48,687 nt of DNA from NCBI GenBank assembly GCA_045657245.1, contig JAZOSQ010000012.1, positions 1-48,687 of the forward strand. Direction: 5' to 3'. Positions 30,032 through 41,700 of the stretch are shown here, in pieces. The DNA comes from Eubacteriales bacterium. GTDB lineage: Bacteria; Bacillota; Clostridia; Oscillospirales; CAG-382. Each line of letters starts with the position of its first letter. Within the stretch, counting starts at the first letter, position 1. Position numbers and translations under genes: made by a program. Under the pieces are notes generated by a model. That model worked only from the letters and a program-made list of their open reading frames with translations, made no database searches and had not been told where the DNA came from.

Positions 30032-33000
30032 TTATTTGCCAGTTTCGCTATCCTTAAACTCTTTTGCAACTTTATCCAACAATGCTTCATAATCTTCGGG
30101 TTCGGGAGCGGACAAAATTACATCTCTAATCTTTCTCTGAATGATGTCGATAACGAGGTTTTCGTGTGCAGCGGGAGCACGCAATTTGTCAACATAAAGC
30201 TGATAGTTGCGCTTCAAGAGGTTAAGCTCGTCTGTCAAACGAGTACACAATACAAACTTCGCATCTTCTTCTTTTTCCCACTGACAATATTCTTCGCGGA
30301 ATACATCAATAACAGCTTCTACCATAGCGGTAATTTCAGAGATGTATCTAGCAGAGTTAGGAGATGTACAGTAATACATCAAGGGGATTGCAAACAAGCT
30401 TGTAGCGTTTTCAACGTACAATTTGCCGTCGTCTTCGCGTTCAGCGGGATTCCAGCTCTTGTCGTTCTTGATGCGGTTCACCTTGTTTTCGCGGATTTTA
30501 TCTCTCAATGCATCCAAACTGTTTTGAGTGCCGTCGCAGTTATCGTGAGCTTTAGCTTCGTCGCAATCGGGAAGCATATGCAACAAGTTGAATGTGGACA
30601 TATCCTTGAAGAATTCTGTATGTTCATAGTTACAGTTCTTCGCTTCGCTCATCGCTCTCTTACGACTCTTGATGAGGTTGATGTCTTCGACAACTTTAGA
30701 ATTTACATACAATGCATCCAAAACTTCGTAGAATTCATCACACAAGGTTCCGTTAGGAACGGTCAATTCAACGTCGCGGTTGTTAGAATCGCGATACGAG
30801 AAAACTTTCTTGCCATTTGCTACAGCAGACAAAGATCTTTGCTGGATTGCGTTGTGGATGAGACCATAAACAAAGGCTTTATGTACTTTGCGAATTACTT
30901 GGTCTTGATAGTTGAAGTCCAATTCAGGCATACTCTTGATGGAGTCCCAAGCCTTATCAATGTGCGTAGAAATAGCAGCATTCTTGGTGGAGTCAGGACC
31001 AATTAAACGAGAGTAGTCGGTATATGCCTTGTGATAGGTTCCGGCGTTCTTCTTACCGGTTTCGGTTTCGAACGGAGCCGCAAACTTCTTCAATTTATCG
31101 GGAGTGAGGTTATAAAGTGCGTTGTAGAAACGAATTTCATATTTAGAAACTGTATCTACCGCGTCACCCTTGGGCATGAGGTCCTTAACATTGAATCTGC
31201 GGTTATCCAACAAGCACTTGTTGTACGCACAAACTTTGATTTCTCTGGGTTCTTCGTTGGTTGCACGTTGAACCGAAGGAGCGGCAATACGAGCACCCAT
31301 AGCGATGACTTCCTTGATGTGGCGTTCTGCATCTGCTATAGTAACCTGTTCGAACACCTGAGTATCGCCGTTGTTTTCATTGCGCAAACGGATACGTTCC
31401 TTCAAGCGCTGTTCGAGTTCGATAGCGCCGATGATATCACGATCGATATCGTCGCATTTTTCGTAAACGCTGTTCTTGAAGTATCCCATCAAGATGTCGT
31501 CGAATATATTGACACGACGGTCTTCTTCGATATATCCGCCACCGGTATTATCAAGTTCCATCTTGAATATTGCGTTTTTCTTAACAGCGTCGAAGATACT
31601 ACCATTGATGTCGGAATTCAACATGGTTGTTTCTTTTTGAGCCTTCTGGAGAGAGAAGGTGCTCAATTCTTCCAACAAGTCTTTGGTTGCGCAAATATTC
31701 ATGAAGGAATCGCCCTTCTTGTAACGAAGTTCGTCAACCAAGTCGATCTTCTTGCGGCTGAGGTCCTTAACCTTGTAAACAAAGGTGTTGAAGAAGGTTT
31801 CAAACTGTTCGATAAAGGCTTTAATGTATTCATATGCCTTAACATATGCAGCATGAACAGCGACAGCTTTGCAGTATTCTTCGAGTGCAGCAAAATATCC
31901 GGGGATATCGTTGTTTGCTTCATCGTTAAGAGCACTGTAACCCTTAAATTTATCAAACAAACCTACATTTTCTTTTTCGAGTTCGCCGAGAGCTTCTACG
32001 CCGAACACCTTTTCTTTGACAAACTTGAATTCATATTCTTTGTCTTTATAGTTGTCGATGTTTTCTTTAGCGCGAAGGTGTGCTTCACTCTTAACTTCTT
32101 CGGTGAAGTTGTCAAGCAAACGATACAAAACATAACGAGCTGCACAAGGATGGAAAAGTTCACCCTGAGCGTTGCGCATAAGGCTTTCAATGCAATAGGT
32201 GTCTTTAATTCCGGCTGTGGGCTGTTCGTTGGTGAATTGAGCTTCTACCCAACGACTTACGATGCCTTCGGAGAGGGGAGAACCGTCCTTGCTTTGTGCT
32301 TCGACAATGTCACGATATTGGCTCAATGCGTTAACAGCATCTGCGATTTTGTTTTCGCTTTCGCCAAACGAGGTGTTGCTTTCGAACTGTTTAGCAGCAT
32401 CATAGCAAGAACCGAAACGTTTATCCTGCAAAACAGTGAAGTATGCCTGATTTTCGAAGCTTGTCTTGAAACGCTTAATGCGTGCATCCAATTCTTCAAG
32501 TTCGTAGGTGTTGATAAGGTCTTTAGAGAAGGGATCCTTTGCGTTGACCATGGTATCGCAGAAAACTTTACCATAAGAATCCCATGTGGACATAGGTACA
32601 CCGCGCTTCTTTTGTTCTGCTCTATAAGAACGCACCGCGTTGTCGTATTTTGTCCACTTTGTAGCATCGCCTTCGCCACCGATACTGTCAATAGCGAGGT
32701 CATAAGAAACATAATCTACAATTTTTTCATAAGGATAACGGATAACACCGGCACCGATACCACCGAAACGGTTACGACCATAGTTGCCGGGTTTGGTCAT
32801 TTCCTTAATAATATTATCTTCTACAGAGAATGCCTGTTTCTGCATAGGACCGATATTCTGTTCGTAAAGCGCCTGAGCTGCCTGCTCGACATATTGATCC
32901 TTGCTGATCATAGTGCTGTCTTCGGCGTCTTGACCATCCATAAGGAAACAGAAGTCCATCGGCAACAAGGAGAGAGCTTTTTGGTTATCCGAGCCTGCAA

Positions 33001-33754
33001 TAGATACGTTTACATGGAGGTTGGAGAACTGCTTCAAGTCTTCGTCCAAATCGATAAAGCCCGAGCCCTTCATCATGAATGCGTTCAATTCTTTGATTGT
33101 AGCATAAGCATTGCGTGCTTGGCTATCACGTTCGGTCTGAGAATCAATTACGCTGTCCAAAGTTTCAGGCAACAAAATGAGAGAACGGACAATCAAGCTT
33201 GTGTTAGGATATTTTGCCTTTACATAGTCGCGAATAAACATACTTAAAGGGAGAATAATACCGGAACCGGTACCACCCGATGCAGTAGAAGCAATAACAA
33301 CACGCATTGCCTGCTTCATGTCTTTACCGGTCTTGCGGAAAAGATCATCGATGGAGTCATATAAAGGACGAATCTTACCGGTTTTGATGGTAGCGTTCAA
33401 TGCCAATCTGGAAATTGCACGAACCTGACCAGCACCCTCGGAAACGGTCTTATCATACATAACTGCATTTTTAGGGAACCATTTCTTACGAGCTTCTTCG
33501 TCGTAATCCAAATAACTGCCTACGGTTTGAGTATTGGATGTTTGCACCCAATAAATTTTAGATTTGCCGTTAGCAACATCGGAGAGGTCGTTTACGTTGG
33601 TGTCCAAGCAAAGGAAGTTTATGTTTTCCTTTTCTTCGGGAGCACACAAATCCGCAACTTTTTTCACGATTTTACAACCGGTACCACCTACACCGACGAA
33701 CAATGTAGGAGCTGCAACTTCATTGGGCTTTAATTTTTCTCTTTTGAATTCCAT
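30032..33754 (-). CDS. large tubulin/FtsZ-like GTPase (Tubulin_2-type N-domain plus long helical C-terminus)
   Basis: FVGVGGTGCKIV, CLDTN, EGAGQVR, ASTASGGTGSG (tubulin signature), ILLP, ARNAYATIKEL; RBS GGAG. Confidence 0.85.
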   Translation of the reverse strand: MEFKREKLKPNEVAAPTLFVGVGGTGCKIVKKVADLCAPEEKENINFLCLDTNVNDLSDVANGKSKIYWVQTSNTQTVGSYLDYDEEARKKWFPKNAVMYDKTVSEGAGQVRAISRLALNATIKTGKIRPLYDSIDDLFRKTGKDMKQAMRVVIASTASGGTGSGIILPLSMFIRDYVKAKYPNTSLIVRSLILLPETLDSVIDSQTERDSQARNAYATIKELNAFMMKGSGFIDLDEDLKQFSNLHVNVSIAGSDNQKALSLLPMDFCFLMDGQDAEDSTMISKDQYVEQAAQALYEQNIGPMQKQAFSVEDNIIKEMTKPGNYGRNRFGGIGAGVIRYPYEKIVDYVSYDLAIDSIGGEGDATKWTKYDNAVRSYRAEQKKRGVPMSTWDSYGKVFCDTMVNAKDPFSKDLINTYELEELDARIKRFKTSFENQAYFTVLQDKRFGSCYDAAKQFESNTSFGESENKIADAVNALSQYRDIVEAQSKDGSPLSEGIVSRWVEAQFTNEQPTAGIKDTYCIESLMRNAQGELFHPCAARYVLYRLLDNFTEEVKSEAHLRAKENIDNYKDKEYEFKFVKEKVFGVEALGELEKENVGLFDKFKGYSALNDEANNDIPGYFAALEEYCKAVAVHAAYVKAYEYIKAFIEQFETFFNTFVYKVKDLSRKKIDLVDELRYKKGDSFMNICATKDLLEELSTFSLQKAQKETTMLNSDINGSIFDAVKKNAIFKMELDNTGGGYIEEDRRVNIFDDILMGYFKNSVYEKCDDIDRDIIGAIELEQRLKERIRLRNENNGDTQVFEQVTIADAERHIKEVIAMGARIAAPSVQRATNEEPREIKVCAYNKCLLDNRRFNVKDLMPKGDAVDTVSKYEIRFYNALYNLTPDKLKKFAAPFETETGKKNAGTYHKAYTDYSRLIGPDSTKNAAISTHIDKAWDSIKSMPELDFNYQDQVIRKVHKAFVYGLIHNAIQQRSLSAVANGKKVFSYRDSNNRDVELTVPNGTLCDEFYEVLDALYVNSKVVEDINLIKSRKRAMSEAKNCNYEHTEFFKDMSTFNLLHMLPDCDEAKAHDNCDGTQNSLDALRDKIRENKVNRIKNDKSWNPAEREDDGKLYVENATSLFAIPLMYYCTSPNSARYISEITAMVEAVIDVFREEYCQWEKEEDAKFVLCTRLTDELNLLKRNYQLYVDKLRAPAAHENLVIDIIQRKIRDVILSAPEPEDYEALLDKVAKEFKDSETGK

Positions 33755-33771
33755 GGTGGTTTCTCCTCTAT

Positions 33772-36327
33772 TTATTTCTTTTTAAAATTCAATCTTGTGT
33801 TTACGTTAAAGGTTTTCTTTACACCGGCGGAAGTAATTGTGCCGGAATAAACAACAGGAACACCGTGTTTAAGATTAAGCGGAGCTTTGGACACGGGTTT
33901 GCGCTCTAACACATTTTTATCGTTAAGTACATATCTTGCGCTAGCGATAGTGGCGCTTTCGATGTTGGCGTTGCCGATTTTTTTAACCACACCGGGATTT
34001 ACAACTTCTGCATAGCGTTTTGTCTGTTTTTTATACAAATAACTTTCTTTACCGGGCTTTGCGGGGAAGGCGAGACCAATCTTGTTGCCGCCATATTTAA
34101 CAACGACGTCCGAAGCAGAACCGCTGAAATTACAGAATTTTGTAACATCTTCGCCATCGATAAGCACTCTGCTGTCTCTCTTGGAAATATGAGCATGTTT
34201 AGGCATAACTCTAATATGCAAAATTATCCAAATGATGATTGCCAACAACAATAGGAACAACAACGCTGCTACCCATTTAACCCAAAGCGGAAGATCGCTG
34301 AGAGTGACTGCTTGAGTCGCTTCTGCATAGGTCTTTCTTCCGATTGCATCCTCATACGATGCGGATGCGGTGATTTGATAGTCTCCCTCTTGGATTCCTT
34401 CCGTGGATAAAAACTTGATTTTATATTCGGAAGATTGCGGATTGGGAGTTAGTTTGTATTTTATACCGTTGCAATCCATCGTCAACTTGACAGAAGCGAA
34501 TTCTTCTTCAGTCAAAGGCTTTCCGTTAATGGTTAGCTTTACAATAGCTTCGGGATTTTCTTCAATTTCTTTAATGACGATATAGTCGTTGGGTATAGAT
34601 AATTCCAAGCCCAACTTCTTAAGATCAGAGTTTATCGTGTAAGTAAGATTGCTTCTTGTTTGCGAAGGGTCGCTACCTTTTTGAGTGTATTTTGCGGTTA
34701 TACCAACCTTGAATTCACCTGTCGCAGTATCTTTGGGTGAATTGGGATTCTTATGGTGCAAAGTTAATATATAGTGATCGTCTTTAAGTTCTTTTTTGAT
34801 CTCAACGGCACTCTTTTCAGAATTCCATGTCAACTCTGTACTTTCAAGTTCGGAACCTGTCAAGAGCTCGCCCTTATAATAAACTTTTGCAATAAACGGC
34901 GATCCGCCTTCGAGGTTAAGTAGCGAATAGTTTTCGTCGCCACCGGAAATTTCCAATCTTAAGTCTCCGGCAGGTCGTGCTGCTACTTTTATACCACCCG
35001 ACGGCCATCCAAAGTCAGAAGAGTCTTTTGAAATGGTGTACCCACTCAAATAAGTTACGGTCAAATTAGCATCGAAGGAATCTCCCATGTTTAAGGTAAG
35101 ACTAACTTCTCCGCTGGAGCCTTTTTGACTGATAGGGTATTCTTTACCATTAATGCAATAGCTTCCTTGATATACCGGTTCGCCGAGCAGGTCGGAGGAA
35201 ATCAGCTTTCCTGTTTTTGCATCCTTCATACCGAAGCTGACTTTATATTCACCTTCGTATAATGCATCGGGGTCTACCTCGTTGCCGTCCGCATCTGTAA
35301 ATACGAAATCCAAATCGGCATCGGGCTCATAGTATACTTCGACACTGCTTGCGTTGCCGGAATATTCAATCGTGTAATTTCCTGCCGCGCAATCAGTATA
35401 TGTAACCATCATGCCTTGCAACGACGTATCGGGAACGGCTTTCAGATTGCCTGCGCCCACTGTTGAATATTTTGTCTGTTGCGAACTCACCTTTTGAGAA
35501 TCGGAAATACCGTTGACTTTTAAATTTGATATGTTTTCGCCTTGTACAAAAACAATCAATTTTTTCAAAGACATATCGAAATCGATTTTTTTGCCCGAAA
35601 TTCTATTTTTAGGCAATGTATCTCGTCCGAATATTTGGTTGCACATGAGAGTTAGTGTCGATAATACGTCTTCGGTATTAACGACTTTCTTTTTCACGAA
35701 ATATTTGGATTCAGCGAGACTGGGTAGAGCAGCCTGCGAGCCGATCCCCAAATACATAATGGTTAAGTCTTCGCCGGCCTTTTTGAAACGTTTATCAAGA
35801 ACGCCTATTGTGTCTTTGCACTTCTCGTCGTTTTCAGTAAAAACGTCACCGTCGGTTAAAACAACCAAATATTTTTTGCCACCGCTTATCTTTTGCAATC
35901 CGTTTATTGCACCGTCGATACTTTCTATAGGTGTAAGACCGGTTTCAATTGTGAAGATTTCGCGAATCTGCGATGCTTGAGAGGGGCTCTTGATTTCAAG
36001 AGGAGATTCCATCGAGTATATCTTGTCACCAGATTTACCAAGCTTAATCGGGTGCATTGGATATATTTGCAATGTATCGCCATCGTTAAGCATGGATGCG
36101 AAAACTTCCATAGCATACGTGGCTCTGCACCATTCCAAGACTGGCTTTTTATCCAGCATGTACATCGAACCGGAGTTATCGAAAACGATTGCGATGTTAC
36201 GCGATTCGGTAGGCTTGCTTGCTGCACTGACGTTGCAAGGAACGATCGGCAACATAAGCAACAAAAATGCCATCAAGACAGAACAAATCCACCTTATTTT
36301 GTTGTGTTTCATCGTCATGACCACCAT
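33772..36327 (-). CDS. VWA-domain surface protein with signal peptide and a single C-proximal TM; start may be 36310
   Basis: Signal peptide ...VPCNVSAA; MIDAS residues IVFDNSGSM, TP, VLTDG; beta-rich stalk; TM WVKWVAALLFLLLLAIIIWIIL; basic cytoplasmic tail. Confidence 0.85.
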   Translation of the reverse strand: MVVMTMKHNKIRWICSVLMAFLLLMLPIVPCNVSAASKPTESRNIAIVFDNSGSMYMLDKKPVLEWCRATYAMEVFASMLNDGDTLQIYPMHPIKLGKSGDKIYSMESPLEIKSPSQASQIREIFTIETGLTPIESIDGAINGLQKISGGKKYLVVLTDGDVFTENDEKCKDTIGVLDKRFKKAGEDLTIMYLGIGSQAALPSLAESKYFVKKKVVNTEDVLSTLTLMCNQIFGRDTLPKNRISGKKIDFDMSLKKLIVFVQGENISNLKVNGISDSQKVSSQQTKYSTVGAGNLKAVPDTSLQGMMVTYTDCAAGNYTIEYSGNASSVEVYYEPDADLDFVFTDADGNEVDPDALYEGEYKVSFGMKDAKTGKLISSDLLGEPVYQGSYCINGKEYPISQKGSSGEVSLTLNMGDSFDANLTVTYLSGYTISKDSSDFGWPSGGIKVAARPAGDLRLEISGGDENYSLLNLEGGSPFIAKVYYKGELLTGSELESTELTWNSEKSAVEIKKELKDDHYILTLHHKNPNSPKDTATGEFKVGITAKYTQKGSDPSQTRSNLTYTINSDLKKLGLELSIPNDYIVIKEIEENPEAIVKLTINGKPLTEEEFASVKLTMDCNGIKYKLTPNPQSSEYKIKFLSTEGIQEGDYQITASASYEDAIGRKTYAEATQAVTLSDLPLWVKWVAALLFLLLLAIIIWIILHIRVMPKHAHISKRDSRVLIDGEDVTKFCNFSGSASDVVVKYGGNKIGLAFPAKPGKESYLYKKQTKRYAEVVNPGVVKKIGNANIESATIASARYVLNDKNVLERKPVSKAPLNLKHGVPVVYSGTITSAGVKKTFNVNTRLNFKKK

Positions 36328-36401
36328 CCTTTGTGATGAAAAGGTTTTTCGAAATATGAGCTACATGTCTCGATATTCGATTTTACTAAAATTTTAATAT
36401 C

Positions 36402-36430
36402 ATTTTACCATATTAAAACCAAAAAAACAA
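36402..36430 (-). promoter_or_regulatory. sigma-A promoter of the five-gene tubulin-like operon
   Basis: Minus strand TTGTTT, 17 bp spacer, TAAAAT, with a TGn extension. Confidence 0.55.
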
Positions 36431-36598
36431 CACTTTTGTACATATTTTGTCAAAATTTGACAAATATTTTTTTCACAATTGAGCGTTTTAAATCACGAGA
36501 AGATTTTTCGATAAGGATTGTTTTTAGAAAGACGATAAACATAAGAGGGTTTCTCTTTTGCAAGCGATCTCAGGCGATCTTGTTATTAATAAACGCAC

Positions 36599-36630
36599 AA
36601 AACCCCTGGAGTTTAAAATCCAGGGGCTTT
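36599..36630. terminator. intrinsic terminator after the lipoprotein pair
   Basis: AAAACCCCTGGA-GTTTAAAA-TCCAGGGGCTTT. Confidence 0.7.
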
Positions 36631-36712
36631 GTATTTTCTTTGTTGTTCACAATGGCTTTTCGAAATAAACAATTGCGAAGAATTTATTGTACGAATAGAT
36701 GGTAGAAATCCA

Positions 36713-38752
36713 TTAATCTAATTTCAACACGACCTTTTCCGATTCCATAATGACCTTGTTTTCATCATACAAATCAGTAATGCGGAATATTACTTCCATT
36801 TGCTTTGGTCCATCAGGATCGTCTGTGCTCGTATCGTTTGAAACCTCAAGTAGCGAACATTGACCTTTGCCGGCAACGCCGGAGCCCATATTACGTTCAT
36901 ATGACGTATTTTCGTTCGGTTCGATAATCGCAGAAACTTTTATGTCATGTTCAGTTTCGTTAAATACAGTAAACTTCCATGAAGATTCGCCGGGGAAGTT
37001 TTCGATGCGAATACCGTTTTTCTCCCAAACGGTAATGCCTTTTTGCACAGGATTTGCTGTTCCGTGGGTGTCGAGTTTCACATCGAACCAGTAATAATCA
37101 TATGTATACGAAGCCCAATTGTTATTTTTTCGTACACCAAGCAAAATCTTCAAGGTTTCGATTGACGGATTTGTTGCGGGTTCCAAACGATATTTCGAAA
37201 TATCGCTGATCAGATAACTATAACAACCGCCCGGCACTGTCACAGGGCTATTCATTTTTGTACATACATTGTTTAGCGTTGCTGCAGAAATCGCTACGAC
37301 CTGCTCTTGTTGAGTTAAATTTTCAACTTTATATGTCATGTATAAGGAACTGTCATCTGAATGCAACGAACCTGCACAAAGCAAGGTAAGACGTATTTTT
37401 TCATTTTCGAAAACAACTTGTTCTTTTGCAACAGCATCAAACCCTGGAGTTGTTAAATTGAAATAACCGATATTTGTGGTTCCGAGTGGCCAAGCATCCG
37501 TCATATCAACCGACACCAAAAGATCGGGAAACAAAACCGCGCCTTCTTCTTCTGCGCTTACTAAAAAGCGAATTTGTTTCAGGTCTTTCAATTCAGGCAA
37601 ACCATCATCGAAATCAAACGTCCCTACATAGTTGAGCTCACTGACAAATTTACCGGGTTCAACGGTCAAATAACAAAATTTACTATCGTACAAATTGTCG
37701 TTGATTAAAAGATCAACTGTCTTAACTTGGACATTATGGTTGCGATTGTTTTTCACTTTCAGTGCATAAAATGACTCGCCGTTCCAACTTTTTTCAACGG
37801 ATATATAAACTTCGACACCGTTTTTCTCGAATAGAAGTTGTTCGCGCTCGCCTTTTTCCCATTTGGCGGTTATATCAGGTTCTTCTTTGAGTGCAAAGGT
37901 TGATTCATTTTCGGTGGATGCGCTATTGCTAGTGTCCTTATTCGAATCGTTGTTGGGATTTTCTCCATATGACACCCAATCCGTAACATATTTATCACCA
38001 TTAACATCGGTGATCTCATATATGACGTAATACTCGCCATCTTCAAGCGGAACATATTCCATCTTTATATCTTCGGAAAGAGTATAACTGTATATTAGAA
38101 TATTCGGCGTGGTTCTCCACTCGCTAATGGGAAGCGATTTGTCTTCGTTTGATAGTTCGTAAATGGTGCCTGCTGTTAAAGAGACATTTGCATAATTTGA
38201 AAAATCGGGCAGATTATCATATTTTCCCGAAAACAGTTCTTCGTCGGTTCCTTCGTCTTTCGGTCTCATAGCTTTCAATACGGGTTCGTTAGAAGTGCCA
38301 TCAACCTCGATTAAATATCGATATCCAACATAGCCGGAACTATCATCGTTTGTGACGTTACTTTGCAAAACAGAACTGCCGACAAAACTTAGCGGTTTGC
38401 CTTCTACAACATTCATATCCGACGGAGGATAGCTACTTTCTTCTTTGCCGTCCGATATTTTAATTCCCATACCATTGAATTCAGTGTTCAACACACCGTT
38501 GGAAAAAGTAACAGCACAGTTGCGATATTGTATCCTGTAAAGGTTTGCACCTTCGCGCTTAATAATATGGCTGACTGCCGATTTGTACGTTTTTATTTGT
38601 TCTTCCGTCAACTTGACACAGTGTTTGTTTTCGTTTGATTCGATTTTTGATGTTTCATCAATCGAAGTTTGAGTTGATTCAGCACAAGCGCTTAAAATCA
38701 TGCAAAAGATCACCATAAGAACAATGGCAAGTTTGATTTTTTGAAATCTCAT
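36713..38752 (-). CDS. lipoprotein paralogous to the C-terminal part of the adjacent clostripain-like protein
   Basis: Lipobox LSAC; shares collinear blocks with the 1067-aa protein (EYVPLEDGEYY vs EYAPLANGEYY, among others). Confidence 0.8.
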   Translation of the reverse strand: MRFQKIKLAIVLMVIFCMILSACAESTQTSIDETSKIESNENKHCVKLTEEQIKTYKSAVSHIIKREGANLYRIQYRNCAVTFSNGVLNTEFNGMGIKISDGKEESSYPPSDMNVVEGKPLSFVGSSVLQSNVTNDDSSGYVGYRYLIEVDGTSNEPVLKAMRPKDEGTDEELFSGKYDNLPDFSNYANVSLTAGTIYELSNEDKSLPISEWRTTPNILIYSYTLSEDIKMEYVPLEDGEYYVIYEITDVNGDKYVTDWVSYGENPNNDSNKDTSNSASTENESTFALKEEPDITAKWEKGEREQLLFEKNGVEVYISVEKSWNGESFYALKVKNNRNHNVQVKTVDLLINDNLYDSKFCYLTVEPGKFVSELNYVGTFDFDDGLPELKDLKQIRFLVSAEEEGAVLFPDLLVSVDMTDAWPLGTTNIGYFNLTTPGFDAVAKEQVVFENEKIRLTLLCAGSLHSDDSSLYMTYKVENLTQQEQVVAISAATLNNVCTKMNSPVTVPGGCYSYLISDISKYRLEPATNPSIETLKILLGVRKNNNWASYTYDYYWFDVKLDTHGTANPVQKGITVWEKNGIRIENFPGESSWKFTVFNETEHDIKVSAIIEPNENTSYERNMGSGVAGKGQCSLLEVSNDTSTDDPDGPKQMEVIFRITDLYDENKVIMESEKVVLKLD

Positions 38753-38756
38753 CGTA

Positions 38757-41700
38757 TTATTCTCCCAATTCTGCGCTTAAAAGCGCTGTTTGTGATGCTG
38801 TAAACAATATCTTTGTTTCATCAAAAGTTTTAACCTGGAATCGGACATCAATTTGTTTTGAAAGCAAATCTTCGTCCAAATCGCTAAATATGGTTACAGA
38901 ACCTACGGTGCGTTGATTCGGTCCCAATCTACAGTCCAACGAAGTATAGAGACCCTTGTCGTATAGGATTCCTCCAAAGTAACTTTCCATCACTTCCAAG
39001 CAAATATCTTTGTCGGTAGTGTTTTCTATGACAATCTCCAATTCTCTTTCTTCAACACGTCCGCGAAGATATACGCGAACACCCTGTTCTTCCCACAAGG
39101 CATCACCGAGTTTGAAGGTTTGCTTCTTGCCGTGTTGTTCAAGCTTTACGGGGCACCACAAACAATCGAATTCTTCTGTAAGCCATACTGAATTTGAAGA
39201 AACAACGGCTAAAATAGACATAGAGTGGATTTCTGAAATCGTCCAGTCTTTCAACCAAAAATCACCGAAATACACATGAATATAGCATGCTTCTCCGGGC
39301 TTTAACCTATAGGGACCCTCATATGCGTAGAAATAACACCCATTTATTTCATATCCATATATTGCAAAATCGAGTGTTTTGTCTGATAAATTCTCCGCAA
39401 AAATATAGATAGGGTTTGAATCTTCGCTTTTTTCCGAGTATTTGCCAATACCCATTAAAGTCAATCTAACGTCTTCTGTTTCATAAATGACTTGTTTTTG
39501 GCAAAGTGCGCCTTTATAGGGAACATTAAAAGCAACTTTGTTTTTATTATTTTGGAGAAAATCAATTTTGGGCGCAAATGACATATCTGTCTTTGAAATT
39601 TGAGTTGGCCAAATAATCGCGCCGGAACGGTTATTTTCTATTTCTAATTGAATCTGCAATGTCGATAGGTTTTCTATGGCTTCGGTACACTCTACTATTC
39701 CAAAGTCAATGTGCTTATACATAAAGTCATAAGGGTTGACGTCAAAATTGACAGAGCTTGCGATAAGATTTCCGTTCACCGAAAATGTAGCGCTAACATC
39801 TATTTCAAAATCGTTTGCGTTTTCAACCTCTATAAAATATCTGGTGCCTTCACGTTGGGTATCTTTAACACACAAATATGCTTTTACTCCGTTTTCGCTT
39901 TTAAGCAAAACACGATCTTCGCCATCCTCCCAAACGGATTCGGTGACGGTTAAAGGAGCTTCTTCTTTGGTGCCGTTTTCTACACTAATGGGAAGAAGTT
40001 CGCTACAATAGCTTGTCGCTTGAGAGTCCGTAATTTCGAACATTAAGTAATATTCCCCATTCGCAAGAGGCGCGTATTCGAAGGAATATTCTCGAGCAAG
40101 CGATATAAAATTATATGTGATGTGACCGGTGCTATACCATTGGTCTAACGGCTTAATAACACCGTTATCGTAACGGGTTATATAGCGCGACTGTGCATAA
40201 ACAAACTCGATGGAACCATATTGCGACAAATCCGCTTCTGCAATGCGTCCGCTTTGGACAAGGTCTTCTGTTGAAGACTCAAGATACGGAACGGTTCCCG
40301 ACATTTCAATTTTTTTGGTTTCGCTGTTGAATGTCAAAAGATATCGCCAATAACATATATCGTCCGGCAAATCCTCATCAGCTATATCTGAAGGTTTATA
40401 TCTTATATTGGAAAGCACAAACATACCGCTATAACGATATAATCTGTCTATTTGATCGACAACTGTTAACGGAGGGAGAAATGGTTCTTTTCCTTCAGCA
40501 TATACGTAAATTGCCATTCCGTCATAGTCGGTTTTTAAAACATTATTTTCAAAAACAACGTCCTTGCTACAAAAAACCGGACGATATATATCACCGTTTT
40601 CGCGTTTCATAATGTAATATATTGCCGAACTGTAAGATTTCGCTTGTTCGTCATTTAGCGTGATGCTATAAGTAGTGTCGTTGGTTTGCTCGGGGATCAG
40701 TGATTCTGCGACTTTATCCAATTTATCGTTTTTAAGCCAAGTCTGTTCGTATTTCAATAAATATTTTTGATATTCGTCGAATAGACCCAACTCCGAATAA
40801 ATACGTTTCCAATCTTTTTCATAATAGTTCTTATTAAAGAATGGATAATATAACGACATACCACAACAAGAATTTAGACTTGTTGCGTTTACCATCACCA
40901 TACGGTCAATGACATTCAATAAATTATCCACTAATTGAGGATATTGAGGAGATAATTGCATTGCCATATCTTTAAGGTCGACTAAATCATATTCCGAACC
41001 GGTCGTTGCTCGCCCCAAAGCACGTGTTTCTGCTCGGTTCTTGGCGAGCAAATCATAGTAGTGCTCAACCTCACCTGAAGCGACGGAAAACAAATCGTTA
41101 ATAGCCGTTTCTAATTCGGCGGCATGCGAAAGATCAACAACCGACAATGTTACGTCGTAATTATCATATTTGCGTTTAGTATAGTAGGAATCACACTCTG
41201 TCATATAGCCGTCGGTGATTGATTTCAAGAGCGTGGGTGTTTCAATCTTACCTAATTGAGATAAAAAGCTATAATTCCACCCGAAAGCGGGTTCTATTTC
41301 TTGCGATGCAATCAGATACTTTGCGTGGTCTGCCATAATACAGTTCAGCTCGGCAGAAGCCATTAAACATGCGTCAAAACCAACCCAAGCAAGTTTATTG
41401 TTATCTGAAAAAGAAGAGTTTTTTAACGCTGTTTTTATTTCTGAAAGTAATAGAGCATCATTCTCGTGAACAATATCTTTACCATATCCCATTACCGGAC
41501 CATTGCCGTGATCCCATAAAATCAGCGCAAACTCATCGTTTTGGTAATTTTTCCAACAAAAATTCAAAAATGCGGTTAATTGTTCTGCATCGCCCATAGA
41601 CACATTTTCTTGTGTTTCCACAGACACGAATCCTTGTTTCTGTAACGAAAGTATATTTATGTGTTCCGAACTCAGCTGTTCATTATGCCAATAAGGCGTT

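Noticed and set aside
30164-33247. 280-aa and 738-aa plus-strand ORFs
   Set aside because: Antisense shadows of the tubulin-like gene; F/V/I-rich mirror of its codon bias, no motifs.
30032-33754. Calling this gene ftsZ, tubZ or phuZ
   Set aside because: At 1240 aa it is far too long, it has no dcw, plasmid-partition or phage context, and only the N-terminal GTPase motifs are shared.
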